From Promethearchaeia archaeon (GTDB lineage: Archaea; Asgardarchaeota; Lokiarchaeia; Sigyniarchaeales; SOKP01): a stretch of DNA of 64,000 nucleotides. This document shows, in pieces, positions 47,923 through 58,277 of the stretch (positions are counted from its first letter, which is position 1; each line of letters begins with the position of its first letter). The notes under the pieces are model-generated. The model searched no databases. It saw nothing but the letters and a program-made list of their open reading frames with translations, and was not told where the DNA came from. Position numbers and translations under genes: made by a program. Location of the stretch: the NCBI GenBank assembly GCA_029856105.1, contig JAHQWH010000189.1, forward strand, positions 54,263-118,262, written 5' to 3'.

Positions 47923-50900
47923 TTGAGTGCTGAAAGATTATCTAATAAAGATAAATGGGTCGTTTTAAAAAGCTTATTTGATGAGAAGGGTCTAGTGCGT
48001 CAACATCTCGATTCTTATAATATTTTTATTCAAGATGAAATGCAAAATATAGTAGATGAATCGAATGAAGTAGTACCTGATATTCCCGGCTTTAAAATAA
48101 GCTTTGGAAAAATTAAAGTTGGGGTGCCTAAAGTCAGGGAAGCTGACGGTGCCACGATGGAAATCACACCTATTGAGGCTAGAATTCGAGAATTAAGTTA
48201 TGCTGCGGATATTATCTTAGAAATGACGCCCATAACTATTGATGAACGAACTCAAAGGGAGGAAGCGGAAGAAACGCTTGATATCTATATTGGTAAAATA
48301 CCTATTATGCTAAAAAGTTGTCGTTGCCCTTTGGAAAACTTAACAGAACAAGAATTAATTAACCGAGGAGAAGACCCACTTGATCCCGGTGGATATTTTA
48401 TAATAAATGGGACTGAGCGCGTACTGGTGACGCAAGAAGATTTAGCTCCCAATAGAATTTTAGCGGAAGAGGCAAGTAGAAGTTCAAGTGCTACACATCA
48501 AGCAAAGGTATTTTCTACGAGAAGTGGTTTTCGAGCACCTGTAACTATCGAAAGAAAGAAAGACGGAAATTTAAGAGTCTCGTTTCCTTCTGTTCCAGGT
48601 AAAATTCCGCTAGCGATCTTAATGCGTGCCTTGGGGTTACACTCTGATAGAGAAATTTTTGAAGCTATTTCAGAAAATGATGATATTCAGAAAGAATTGA
48701 TTCCAGTTATAGATGTTGCTTCGGAAATTCAAGTATTAAAAGACCCTGAAAAATCTCAACAAAATGCTTTAGATTATATAGGAAAGAGAGTCGCAATTGG
48801 GCAAACAAAGGATTACCGAATTAGAAGAGCACTTCAGGTTTTAGATAGATACCTTTTACCACATATTGGAAATGCGGAAGAGGATCGAATAAAGAAAGCT
48901 TATTATTTAGGTCAAATGGCTCAAAAAGTTATGGAACTCGCCTTAAAATTTCGTGAGTCTGATGATAAAGATCACTATGCCAATAAAAGATTGAAATTAG
49001 CTGGTGAATTATTTACATCCCTATTTAGAGTTGCGTTTTTAAATCTTGTAAAAGATATAAAATACCAACTAGAACGTACCGCTGTTCGAGGGAGAGCTCC
49101 TAATATCAAAACTGCTGTGAGAGCAGATGTAATTACTGAAAGAATAAGACATGCTTTAGCAACAGGCAACTGGGTTGGAGGTAAAGCCGGTGTTAGTCAA
49201 TTGTTGAATAGAACAAATCATGTTGGAACATTAAGTCATTTAAGGAGAGTAATTTCGCCATTAAGTAGAAGTCAACCGCATTTTGAAGCGAGAGATTTAC
49301 ATCCCACCCAATGGGGTAAAATATGTCCTGCGGAAACTCCAGAAGGGCCAAATTGTGGTTTGGTTAAAAACCTTGGATTAGCCTCTATTATTTCTGTTGG
49401 CGCCGATGAGCGAATTATTGAAAACATATTAATAGATTTAGGAGTAGTTCCAATTAATGAAGTAAAAAGAGTAAAGGGAGAAAAGGTAAATGTATTTCTT
49501 AATGGCAAATTAGTTGGTATTCATCAAAAATATAATCCCTTTTTGAACCAACTTAGAGAAAAGAGACGTAAAGGCGAGATTGGTCAACATGTGAATCTTG
49601 GATATTATTACGATTCTAAAGAGATTCAGATAAATTGTGATGCAGGGAGAGCGACTAGACCTTTATTTATTATTAAGAACAAACAAATTCTCATTACTAA
49701 AGAAGATATAGAGAAAATTAAACAAAGTAAGTATGCGTGGACAGATTTGATTGAGAAAGGTGTTATTGAATATCTAGACGCAGAAGAAGAAGAGAATGCA
49801 TATATTGCTATGTTTGAAGAAGATATTACGGCTGAACATACACATTTAGAGATTTCTCCTGCGGCTATTTTAGGAATATGCGCTTCAATAATTCCATTTC
49901 CAGAACATAATCAATCTCCACGAAATACATACGAAGCGGGAATGGTTAAACAAGCATTAGGACTATTTGCTGCAAATATGCATTTAAAACTTGATACGCG
50001 TGGTCATACGCTTCATTATCCTCAACAACCATTAGTTATAACGAGCCCAATGAAGATAATCGGAATTAATCGCCGACCAGCGGGACAAAACTTCATAGTT
50101 GGTATGATGAGTTTTGAAGGTTATAATATTGAAGACGCAATTATTATAAACAAATCCTCAATAGAACGCGGTCTCGCACGCAGTCATTTCTTCAGAACTT
50201 ATGATGCCGAAGAAAGGAAATATCCCGGAGGAGAATTGGATAAGTTCGAAATACCAGAAAGAGGTGTGAGAGGTTATAAATCCGCTGAATCTTATCGATT
50301 ATTATCTGAAGATGACGGAATTATCGAACCTGAAACCACTGTAAATGGGGGTGATGTTTTAATAGGACGCACATCTCCTCCACGATTTATTAAATCTTAC
50401 GAAGAATTTGAATTGATGCAACCAAATAGAAGAGAAACTTCAAAAAATATGCGTCACAATGAGAAAGGAATTGTAGATACCGTAATTATTTCTGAAACTG
50501 TTGATGGTAATAAATTAGTTAAAATTAAAGTAAGAGACCTACGTATTCCTGAATTAGGAGATAAATTCTCTTCACGACATGGTCAGAAGGGAGTACTGGG
50601 GTTAGTCCAACCGGCTGAGGACATGCCTTTCACTTCAAATGGAGTAATTCCAGATATTATTGTAAACCCTCATGCTATGCCATCAAGAATGACCTTAGGA
50701 CAGCTCTTTGAAGGAATTAGTGGTAAAATTGCGTGTACAACCGGAGAATTAGGTGATGCAACAGCATTCGAATGGAAAGATATCACGAAACTTCAAGATC
50801 AATTAGTAGAAGCAGGATTTGAATTTAATGGAAGAGAAGTAATGTATAATGGAATTACAGGGGAAAAATACGAAGCAGGAATTTACTGCGCCCCAATTTA

Positions 50901-51294
50901 TTATCAAAAATTGTATCATCTTGTTGCAGACAAACTTCACGCAAGAGCAAGGGGTCCTGTTCAAATTCTAACTAGGCAACCAACGGAAGGAAGAGCAAGA
51001 GAAGGAGGTTTACGATTCGGCGAGATGGAACGAGATTGCTTAGTGGGCCATGGGTCCGCTTTATTATTAAAGGAAAGATTGCTTGATGAGTCTGATAGAA
51101 CTGTAATTTTAGTTTGTGAGAAATGTGGGCTTTTAGCAGTTTACGATCGAAACAAAGATAAAAGATATTGTCCTGTATGTGGACAAGGAACTGTAATATC
51201 AAAAGTAGTATGTTCTTATGCTTTTAAACTGCTACTTCAAGAAATGATGAGTTTAGGACTTGCGCCACGTCTAAAATTAAAAGAAAAAATTTAA
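47923..51294 (+). CDS. rpoB: RNA polymerase subunit B (Rpo2), unsplit
   Basis: GGYFIINGTERV, ETPEGPNCGLVKNL, GDKFSSRHGQKG, REGGLRFGEMERD. Confidence 0.99.
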   Translation: MSAERLSNKDKWVVLKSLFDEKGLVRQHLDSYNIFIQDEMQNIVDESNEVVPDIPGFKISFGKIKVGVPKVREADGATMEITPIEARIRELSYAADIILEMTPITIDERTQREEAEETLDIYIGKIPIMLKSCRCPLENLTEQELINRGEDPLDPGGYFIINGTERVLVTQEDLAPNRILAEEASRSSSATHQAKVFSTRSGFRAPVTIERKKDGNLRVSFPSVPGKIPLAILMRALGLHSDREIFEAISENDDIQKELIPVIDVASEIQVLKDPEKSQQNALDYIGKRVAIGQTKDYRIRRALQVLDRYLLPHIGNAEEDRIKKAYYLGQMAQKVMELALKFRESDDKDHYANKRLKLAGELFTSLFRVAFLNLVKDIKYQLERTAVRGRAPNIKTAVRADVITERIRHALATGNWVGGKAGVSQLLNRTNHVGTLSHLRRVISPLSRSQPHFEARDLHPTQWGKICPAETPEGPNCGLVKNLGLASIISVGADERIIENILIDLGVVPINEVKRVKGEKVNVFLNGKLVGIHQKYNPFLNQLREKRRKGEIGQHVNLGYYYDSKEIQINCDAGRATRPLFIIKNKQILITKEDIEKIKQSKYAWTDLIEKGVIEYLDAEEEENAYIAMFEEDITAEHTHLEISPAAILGICASIIPFPEHNQSPRNTYEAGMVKQALGLFAANMHLKLDTRGHTLHYPQQPLVITSPMKIIGINRRPAGQNFIVGMMSFEGYNIEDAIIINKSSIERGLARSHFFRTYDAEERKYPGGELDKFEIPERGVRGYKSAESYRLLSEDDGIIEPETTVNGGDVLIGRTSPPRFIKSYEEFELMQPNRRETSKNMRHNEKGIVDTVIISETVDGNKLVKIKVRDLRIPELGDKFSSRHGQKGVLGLVQPAEDMPFTSNGVIPDIIVNPHAMPSRMTLGQLFEGISGKIACTTGELGDATAFEWKDITKLQDQLVEAGFEFNGREVMYNGITGEKYEAGIYCAPIYYQKLYHLVADKLHARARGPVQILTRQPTEGRAREGGLRFGEMERDCLVGHGSALLLKERLLDESDRTVILVCEKCGLLAVYDRNKDKRYCPVCGQGTVISKVVCSYAFKLLLQEMMSLGLAPRLKLKEKI

Positions 51295-51384
51295 GCAAAT
51301 TATCTCATTTTTACTCTATTTTCTATAATATATCAATTAAATAACCAAACCTCAATTATAATTGTAAAATAAAAAAAAATAGAT

Positions 51385-51810
51385 TTAAAGGCCAAATCCT
51401 AGGAATCCATAAAGTTCTGGTATCATAGTATAGAGAAGAAACAAGAAAAATAATGTTAGTAAAGATATCCATACGGCTTGATCCCAAGAAAGGTCGATTA
51501 AAAATTTTGTTAAAATCAAAATAATTAGAAATCCAATGATAGGCGTTAATTGAGTTAAATAGTTTGAGCCACTAAAAGCTATTAAATTACCAATTGCTCC
51601 TAATACTGAATTTATTGCTCCCAGAATTATTGGTATTATTAAGACGCAAATAAAAGCTAAGAGAATAATTATATATTTTTTATCAGAAGCTTTAGTTTTA
51701 GAACCAATAAGCAAAACCGAGATGTAAATGATTAACGCGACAATTACAGTTGCTAGTATTAGCCACAAAATAAATAATAAAGTAGCTTCTCCTTGAAATA
51801 ACATTTTCAA
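51385..51810 (-). CDS. Hypothetical 4-TM membrane protein
   Basis: Four hydrophobic segments. Confidence 0.75.
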   Translation of the reverse strand: MKMLFQGEATLLFILWLILATVIVALIIYISVLLIGSKTKASDKKYIIILLAFICVLIIPIILGAINSVLGAIGNLIAFSGSNYLTQLTPIIGFLIILILTKFLIDLSWDQAVWISLLTLFFLFLLYTMIPELYGFLGFGL

Positions 51811-51996
51811 AACTCCATTTTAATTTTTAAGTTTGGTAAAATAATTATTTATAAGAAAAAAATTCTCCTTCTTTTATAAATGTTGATCATATTTACTATT
51901 GATTAACTTTGAGATTAGACTAATTTTAAAATTAGTAATGGGTTAAGGATTTTACAAAGTTGAAAAAAAATTAAAATTAAGTGCTTTTGTAATTAA

Positions 51997-52227
51997 TTAT
52001 ATACCAAACGAAATAAGGAAGAAATGGAACGCGAAACCTAGAAATACGGCTGCAAAGGTTATTGAAAGGATCGAGAGTTTAATTGATAATTCCCTGCCAT
52101 ATCTTGTATAAACTATTAAAATCGTCAAACTAAACAATCCAACTATTAGAAAAATCCACGCCAATATCCAAATAGTTAATGAAGGAATCAGAAAATCATT
52201 AATTTGAAGTAATATAAACAACATCAA
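51997..52227 (-). CDS. Small 2-TM membrane protein
   Basis: Two hydrophobic segments around YTRYGRE. Confidence 0.6.
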   Translation of the reverse strand: MMLFILLQINDFLIPSLTIWILAWIFLIVGLFSLTILIVYTRYGRELSIKLSILSITFAAVFLGFAFHFFLISFGI

Positions 52228-52424
52228 TAATCGCTAAATATTTTTATGATTTAAATTTATGTTATCTTTTATTTTTTTTTAACTTTATTAATGTTCTCAA
52301 AAATAGCATCTTTTGACTTAATTTTAGTCACTTCTTACTAAATAAATTAAAATTTAAAGTTATATTCTATTTATATTATCATTATTCAGATCTATATTAT
52401 TAAAGGAAAATTAATGAGATAAAA

Positions 52425-53207
52425 ATGCATTTTTTAAGTAGATTAATTGAAACCCCAATTTTGGAAGATCCTGCAAAAAATCATATGAACATTCATAGAC
52501 ATTTCTACAGGTATTCTAAAGGAGATTTTATTGGTCCCGCAATAAAAATCACTAAAACTAAAGCAAAAATAACTTTGAAAGGAACTCATGAATATGAAGA
52601 TTCAATTTCAGAAATTATCGCAAAAACTATTTCTGATCCACAAAAAAGTTTTGAAGTGAAAGGAACACTAATTACTGGCGTGGACTTATCAGAGGCCATT
52701 ACGGATTTAGGGTTAAATTGGATTTTAAAAAAATCTACGGGTAAAACAAAGAATTACAAAGCAGATATTATTGATCAAATTAGCAAAAATCAGTTACTCC
52801 AAGCAATTGATGTATTTCGAGAAAATAGTTATTTGTTACTCTCCTTTATTATTAACACAACCACTAAAGTCACAACTAAAAAGAAGATCCCTCAACCATC
52901 TAAAAAGAAGGCTGAAGATGATGATTTAAGTAAAAGAATTCAGTTTTGTACTGGAACTATGAGTAATACAGATGCAAATATTAAGATGGTTTTAGATTCA
53001 GTTGCTTCTGATTTTAAAACGGACATCCCTAATAACTGGAAAACTATAATTTTGCTCAATAACTACAACATAACTGAGATTGTAATTCCAAAAAACATCA
53101 AGGACTCTCGCTTATTAAGGATTATGGCCATTAGGAAAGGGAAAATGTTTCGATCAATCAATATAGATGGAGAACTAATAGAAAAACAGTATTCAATCTT
53201 TGTTTAA
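52425..53207 (+). CDS. Conserved-looking archaeal hypothetical protein
   Basis: 260-aa ORF, IHRHFYRYSKGDF and AIRKGK motifs, function not recognised. Confidence 0.75.
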   Translation: MHFLSRLIETPILEDPAKNHMNIHRHFYRYSKGDFIGPAIKITKTKAKITLKGTHEYEDSISEIIAKTISDPQKSFEVKGTLITGVDLSEAITDLGLNWILKKSTGKTKNYKADIIDQISKNQLLQAIDVFRENSYLLLSFIINTTTKVTTKKKIPQPSKKKAEDDDLSKRIQFCTGTMSNTDANIKMVLDSVASDFKTDIPNNWKTIILLNNYNITEIVIPKNIKDSRLLRIMAIRKGKMFRSINIDGELIEKQYSIFV

Positions 53208-53309
53208 TTTTTTTGAAGTTAAATTCCATCATTTAAAAATTCAAAAAATTTAATTTTTAAAAAGGTTTATGTAAATTATTAATAGAAAAAATATGGAATA
53301 TTACGGATT

Positions 53310-53900
53310 ATGAAGGAATTAAATCCTTTGTTAAGATCGCTTTTATATATAATAGGTGGAGATATTGCCATGGAAGTAGGAATTCAGTTATTGAACACTG
53401 AAAACGAAGATATAACTGATGAAGATATAACAGAAAATATTAAAGAACGAATTAAAAGCGGAGATTATAAAATAGATATTGACCCAGATGATACTGTTAT
53501 TTTAAAATTAAATACAGTAAGAAAAACCTTATACACATTATATAGTGCAAAATTAGCTCAATTTAGAAGAATACGTGATAAGTCTACAGGTTGGTTTATA
53601 TATTACTGGTGGCATGAATTTGATTTGTTGGAAGAAATCTTAATGGAAAAAAAGAGATTAGCAGAAAGAAAGTTAAGAGAAAGGTTAGAATTTGAAGAAA
53701 ATAACTATTTTTTTATATGTAAGAATTGTCGAGATTTAAATATTAAATATAATTTTGACACGGCATTTGAATTAAATTTCAGATGTCCGAATTGTGGAGA
53801 TCCATTAGAAGCTCAAGACAATCAAAATTTTATTCAGTTTTTAAAAGAAAAAATAGTTTCAATTGAAAATGCTGACTTATCAATTGACTCAGAAATTTAA
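53310..53900 (+). CDS. tfe: Transcription factor E (TFE alpha)
   Basis: ITDEDI...KLNTVRKTLY.LY, R.RDKSTGWFIYYW, F.CxxC...F.CPNCG. Confidence 0.95.
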   Translation: MKELNPLLRSLLYIIGGDIAMEVGIQLLNTENEDITDEDITENIKERIKSGDYKIDIDPDDTVILKLNTVRKTLYTLYSAKLAQFRRIRDKSTGWFIYYWWHEFDLLEEILMEKKRLAERKLRERLEFEENNYFFICKNCRDLNIKYNFDTAFELNFRCPNCGDPLEAQDNQNFIQFLKEKIVSIENADLSIDSEI

Positions 53901-53973
53901 TTACTTCTCAATACAGCACCAAAAAAGAATAACTTCTAATAAAAATTATCTAAATTTCCAAGGCGTTTAAAAG

Positions 53974-54510
53974 TTAATCTTTCTTTTTTGTTATAAAAGC
54001 AATATCACCAAGAGAGGAACCACGAGATTTTTTCATATATTTGCTTTGTTTGGCACTTGGTTCAATTTCATCTACTTTTTTTAGAAGCGTAATATTGTAG
54101 ACTTTTTCTATTTTTTTTGCTAATTTTATAGTTGGTTCAACTTTTCCGGCTTCGATTCTTCTTAGTAAAGAAGGTTTCTCGTTTAGTTTTTGAGCAAATT
54201 GATCTTGATTAAATCCACGGGAATTTCGAGCGTTTCTAATTCTTTTCGCGTAATCATGAACAATTTCAATATTTTCATCGCCATCTCTTTTTGGTACAAA
54301 TTTTTTCACGGGACTCTTAAGTTTAACATATGTCTGCTGTTGAGAATCAGATTTTTTAGGTTCACTCCTGATTTTTTTACCATATTGGGCACAACTTTGA
54401 CACACAGTAATTTTTGCTTCTTCTATTAAAACTTTTTGTCCTTTTCCCCATATTTTACCTCCACATATGGGGCATTCCTTATCAAATTGATTCGATACTT
54501 TTTTTGACAT
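53974..54510 (-). CDS. mbf1: Multiprotein bridging factor aMBF1
   Basis: CPICG...VCQSC..YG Zn ribbon; HTH IRNAR...QDQFA..LNEK.S.LRRIE.G; SLGD. Confidence 0.95.
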   Translation of the reverse strand: MSKKVSNQFDKECPICGGKIWGKGQKVLIEEAKITVCQSCAQYGKKIRSEPKKSDSQQQTYVKLKSPVKKFVPKRDGDENIEIVHDYAKRIRNARNSRGFNQDQFAQKLNEKPSLLRRIEAGKVEPTIKLAKKIEKVYNITLLKKVDEIEPSAKQSKYMKKSRGSSLGDIAFITKKKD

Positions 54511-54750
54511 AATACAATCTTATACAATAATTTCTAAGGAAAAGTACTATATATAATGAATTGGATGTAGAACTCTTAAAATTTTCTGTTTAAAGCTAAA
54601 AATCGTTATAAAATATAACCTATAAATTTTTTAGAAATCGATATTTTTATCATATTAGTGTATTACCTTAAATTTAAATGAATAAATAGTTATTAATAAA
54701 TTAGAAAATTTTCTTAAATTTAAATAAATAAAAGATGGGGTATTTTCTTT

Positions 54751-55959
54751 TTGACAACAACCAAAGAAAGGAGAAAAAAGGAAGAAACTAAGGATGAAGA
54801 GTATTTAATTACTTATACAAGGCACCTGGAAAAGAGATTAAGAAATTTAGAGACTGAAAAACAGTTGTTAGATGCTGAACGTCTAAGATTGGAACAAGAA
54901 CTACATAGTTTAAGAAATGAGATTGATCGGTTAAGAGAACCTCCTTTAGTATCTGCTACTGTAATTGACATGTTAGATGAAACGGGTAAAGTTATTGTAA
55001 AAAGTTCTACTGGGCCTAGTTTCGTTGTTAACCCTAGTAGAAAGGTTAAAAACGAAAATTTATCTCCGGGAATGAGAGTTGCTTTAAACCAGAGAACTTT
55101 CGCAATAATGGAAATCTTACCAACGAAATTAGATCCTTTTGTAAAAGGAATGGAAGTTATAGATGCAATTCCTAATATTAGTTACGAAGATGTCGGTGGT
55201 TTAGATGAACAAATACTAGAGGTAAGAGAAACTGTTGAATTACCTCTGCTAAAACCAGAATTATTTAAAAGAATAGGGATTGATCCGCCTAACGGTGTTT
55301 TACTTTTTGGACCTCCAGGGACCGGTAAAACATTAGTTGCGAAAGCGGTTGCCCATGAAACAAACGCTACATTCATTAGAATAATAGGATCGGAGTTAGT
55401 TCAAAAGTTTATTGGTGAAGGTGCTCGTTTGGTTAGAGAGATATTTAATTTAGCAAAACAAAAAGCCCCCGCTATATTATTTATAGATGAGTTAGATGCT
55501 ATCGGGTCTCAAAGATTAAAAATTGCTACATCTGGCGATAGAGAAGTACAAAGGACTTTAATGCAATTATTAAGTGAATTAGATGGATTTGAAGAAAGAG
55601 GAGATGTAAAAATAATTGGCGCAACAAATAGAATTGATATTTTAGATCCGGCTTTGTTAAGACCAGGTAGATTTGACAGAATGATTGATTTTCCAATCCC
55701 AGATGGGGAGGCTAGAACTTCAATCTTTAAAATTCACTCAAGAAATTTAAGCATTGAGGGAGAAATAAACTTTAAAAAGTTGGTTGAGTTAACTGAAGGC
55801 GCGACGGGTGCAGACATAAAAGCAATCTGCACTGAAGCTGGAATGTTTGCAATAAGAAAAGAAGCTGAAGCAATTATTAAAGACGACTTTATTGAAGCAA
55901 TAAATAAAGTTATGAATAAAATGAAAGATAAAGCTATTGAATCTAAGTTATACTCTTAA
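54751..55959 (+). CDS. pan: Proteasome-activating nucleotidase
   Basis: N-terminal coiled coil + OB fold, GPPGTGKT, FIDELD, DREVQRT, RPGRFDR, C-terminal HbYX (LYS). Confidence 0.97.
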   Translation: MTTTKERRKKEETKDEEYLITYTRHLEKRLRNLETEKQLLDAERLRLEQELHSLRNEIDRLREPPLVSATVIDMLDETGKVIVKSSTGPSFVVNPSRKVKNENLSPGMRVALNQRTFAIMEILPTKLDPFVKGMEVIDAIPNISYEDVGGLDEQILEVRETVELPLLKPELFKRIGIDPPNGVLLFGPPGTGKTLVAKAVAHETNATFIRIIGSELVQKFIGEGARLVREIFNLAKQKAPAILFIDELDAIGSQRLKIATSGDREVQRTLMQLLSELDGFEERGDVKIIGATNRIDILDPALLRPGRFDRMIDFPIPDGEARTSIFKIHSRNLSIEGEINFKKLVELTEGATGADIKAICTEAGMFAIRKEAEAIIKDDFIEAINKVMNKMKDKAIESKLYS

Positions 55960-56028
55960 TCTTCCTTTTTACAAACATATTAAATATTTATAACTTTATT
56001 TTTATGTAAATAGTTGCAGTAATTTAAT

Positions 56029-56520
56029 ATGGAAAACAAATTATTCTTTGCTTTAAGAAAAGTAAAGGCTATTTCTGATTACCAATTTGGACAAACAGTA
56101 ACAAATATTTTATTTGAAAATGATAATGATATTCATATTGAGTTTTCTAAAAATACGGATAAAATAAAGCACATATATTACGATGAAAATCTTTTGCTAA
56201 ATTTGAGACCGACTAATGGATTCTTAACGTTAAGTTTATTTGCAGCTAATAAAATAATTAAAAACATTTCAACACCGAGATTGAGAGCAGTCGTGTTGAA
56301 TGATATATCTGACTTTATTAGAAAAGGTCGTAACGTATTTTGTAAACATGTTTTAGATATAGATGATAATTTAAGACCTTTAGATGAGATTATTGTTGTT
56401 AATCAAAAGAATAACCTTTTGGCAATTGGAAGACTAGCGATCCCCGTTCCTTATGTTCGAAGTTTTAAAACTGGAATCGCAATAAAAGTTCGGAAAGGAA
56501 ACGATAAATCAAAATTATAA
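56029..56520 (+). CDS. PUA-domain RNA-binding protein (archaeosine TGT C-terminal-like)
   Basis: DYQFG, LRPTNG, GRNVFCKHV, G.A.KVR. Confidence 0.88.
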   Translation: MENKLFFALRKVKAISDYQFGQTVTNILFENDNDIHIEFSKNTDKIKHIYYDENLLLNLRPTNGFLTLSLFAANKIIKNISTPRLRAVVLNDISDFIRKGRNVFCKHVLDIDDNLRPLDEIIVVNQKNNLLAIGRLAIPVPYVRSFKTGIAIKVRKGNDKSKL

Positions 56521-56570
56521 GCCTTAATAAATTTTAATATAACATATAGTTAGGAGTTATTGAGAAAAAA

Positions 56571-57050
56571 ATGGTAAAATTACCAAAAGAGATGCAAAAA
56601 AGAGAAAACAGCAAACCTAAGCGCCCTCAAGCAACAAAAAAGAGAGAAGGGCAACAAATTGCTTCAAGACAAATGCGTCGCCGAATGCAACAGCAAGGAG
56701 TTGAAATGGATCAAATTAATGCTACTCGAGTAATAATAGAAGGAGTAGAAAAAACGCTCGTAATTGATCAACCAGAAGTTGTTTTAATGAAGCAAATGGG
56801 ACAAGAAATTTATCAAGTAATTGGTGAAGCACAAGAATATTCTCCAGGGGATGTTTTAATTGGAGAAAAGGAAGATGTTGAGACTACGGAACTTGTTGAA
56901 GAATCTGAAACAAAACCAATGATTACTGAAAATGATATAATGCTAGTAGCTGCTCAAGCAAATGTCAATAAAGAAGAGGCGAATGCAGCATTAATTGATA
57001 GTGAAGGAGATATAGCAAAAGCTATTTTATTTCTGAAAAATAGACCTTAA
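56571..57050 (+). CDS. nac: Nascent polypeptide-associated complex protein
   Basis: QMRRRMQQQG, NAC barrel (YQVIG), C-terminal UBA (DI.LVA.QA.V...A..AL....GDIAKAI). Confidence 0.94.
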   Translation: MVKLPKEMQKRENSKPKRPQATKKREGQQIASRQMRRRMQQQGVEMDQINATRVIIEGVEKTLVIDQPEVVLMKQMGQEIYQVIGEAQEYSPGDVLIGEKEDVETTELVEESETKPMITENDIMLVAAQANVNKEEANAALIDSEGDIAKAILFLKNRP

Positions 57051-57135
57051 TAAACTATCAAATAAAATTAGCAAAAAAAAAGAATTAAGAATCATAAACC
57101 ATTCACTGTTATATAAATAATTTGGTAAGAATGAT

Positions 57136-57489
57136 ATGTCAAAAGTAAAGAAAAAACCTACTGGGCTACATGGAGGCTTATCTGAAGAAGAAGTAAAATT
57201 CGAGAAAATTATCCAATTTTCAGGTTGGATATTTTTAATCGCTCTAATTCTATTAATGGGGGCGTTTTTTATTTTTGATTCTGTATTAGGGATAATTGAA
57301 TTAGAATTAAATGCATCAACATTTACGTTAATTATTTTTTTCGGTACTAATTCTGCAATAAGTTTTGGATTAGCTACAAGAATTAAAAAAAATAGAGATC
57401 AAAAAAAGAAATTGTTCTTTGATTGGTTAATGGGCGAATTTCTACTTGGCATAATTGCTATTTTTGCTGTAGCTGTTTACCAATGGTAA
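57136..57489 (+). CDS. Hypothetical 3-TM membrane protein
   Basis: Three hydrophobic segments. Confidence 0.72.
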   Translation: MSKVKKKPTGLHGGLSEEEVKFEKIIQFSGWIFLIALILLMGAFFIFDSVLGIIELELNASTFTLIIFFGTNSAISFGLATRIKKNRDQKKKLFFDWLMGEFLLGIIAIFAVAVYQW

Positions 57490-57523
57490 TCATTTTTTAT
57501 TACATTTCGATTACCAACTATAT

Positions 57524-57853
57524 TTATTTATAATCTTCTCTTGCTGGACTAAATACATCTATGACATCCGTATCTTCCAATATTATCGCCCCGTGTTTTT
57601 CGTTAGAATCAAAAACATAACTATCTCCTTCTTTTGCCATAAATTCTCCATTTTCAGTAATAAATTTTAATTTGCCCTTTAACACATATCCAATTTGATG
57701 TTCTTTATGTGAATGTAAGGGAATTTTTGAGCCTTTATTTAGAATAAAATGGCATAACATCATATTCTTGTTATAGGTTAAAGTTTTTCTATATATTCCG
57801 TGTAAAATTTCTACTGAATCAACAGAATTTTTGCTTACGAGGTTTTTTCTCAT
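57524..57853 (-). CDS. Cupin domain protein
   Basis: IPLHSH.EHQ.GYVLKG, GDSY......H, DVFSP.R.DY. Confidence 0.92.
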   Translation of the reverse strand: MRKNLVSKNSVDSVEILHGIYRKTLTYNKNMMLCHFILNKGSKIPLHSHKEHQIGYVLKGKLKFITENGEFMAKEGDSYVFDSNEKHGAIILEDTDVIDVFSPAREDYK

Positions 57854-58277
57854 CTAAATAACACTTTTAATTTGATTTCATCGATTTTTTATTTAAATAT
57901 ACTCATAGTCTTTAATTTTTAAATTTTATATACTCAATTGAAAATTACAAAATCAGTAAAGACGACATTAATTTATTTAAGGATAAAATTACGAGATTAA
58001 ATATTGTTCTTTCGAATTTTTCTGAAAAAGTATGGAGCTTTCTGCGGTTTAATTAACTGGTGTTTTAAATTGCAAATCAAGAGTTAATAAATTAAGTTTA
58101 AATTGGAAAAAATAATACATTTTTATATCAAAAGAGGTAAAATATAAACGATAACAAATAATTATTAAGGGTATTGTTTCAGTTCATAGTGCCGACAAAA
58201 ATATTTAGCTTTTAACCTGATAGTATACCTTTATCTCTTATTAGAATATTATAAATTAAAATTTGTGATGGATTGCT

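Noticed and set aside
53420-53510. Roughly 16-20 codon insertion in the TFE wHTH flanked by ATAACAG/CTGTTAT, as a possible in-frame intron
   Set aside because: It could not be folded into 3-4-3 BHB geometry with an exon stem, and the frame is open, so a protein loop is the simpler reading.
58167-58232. Imperfect hairpin upstream of nrdD as a riboswitch
   Set aside because: Only an 8-bp and a 4-bp helix separated by a large internal loop, with no recognisable riboswitch consensus.
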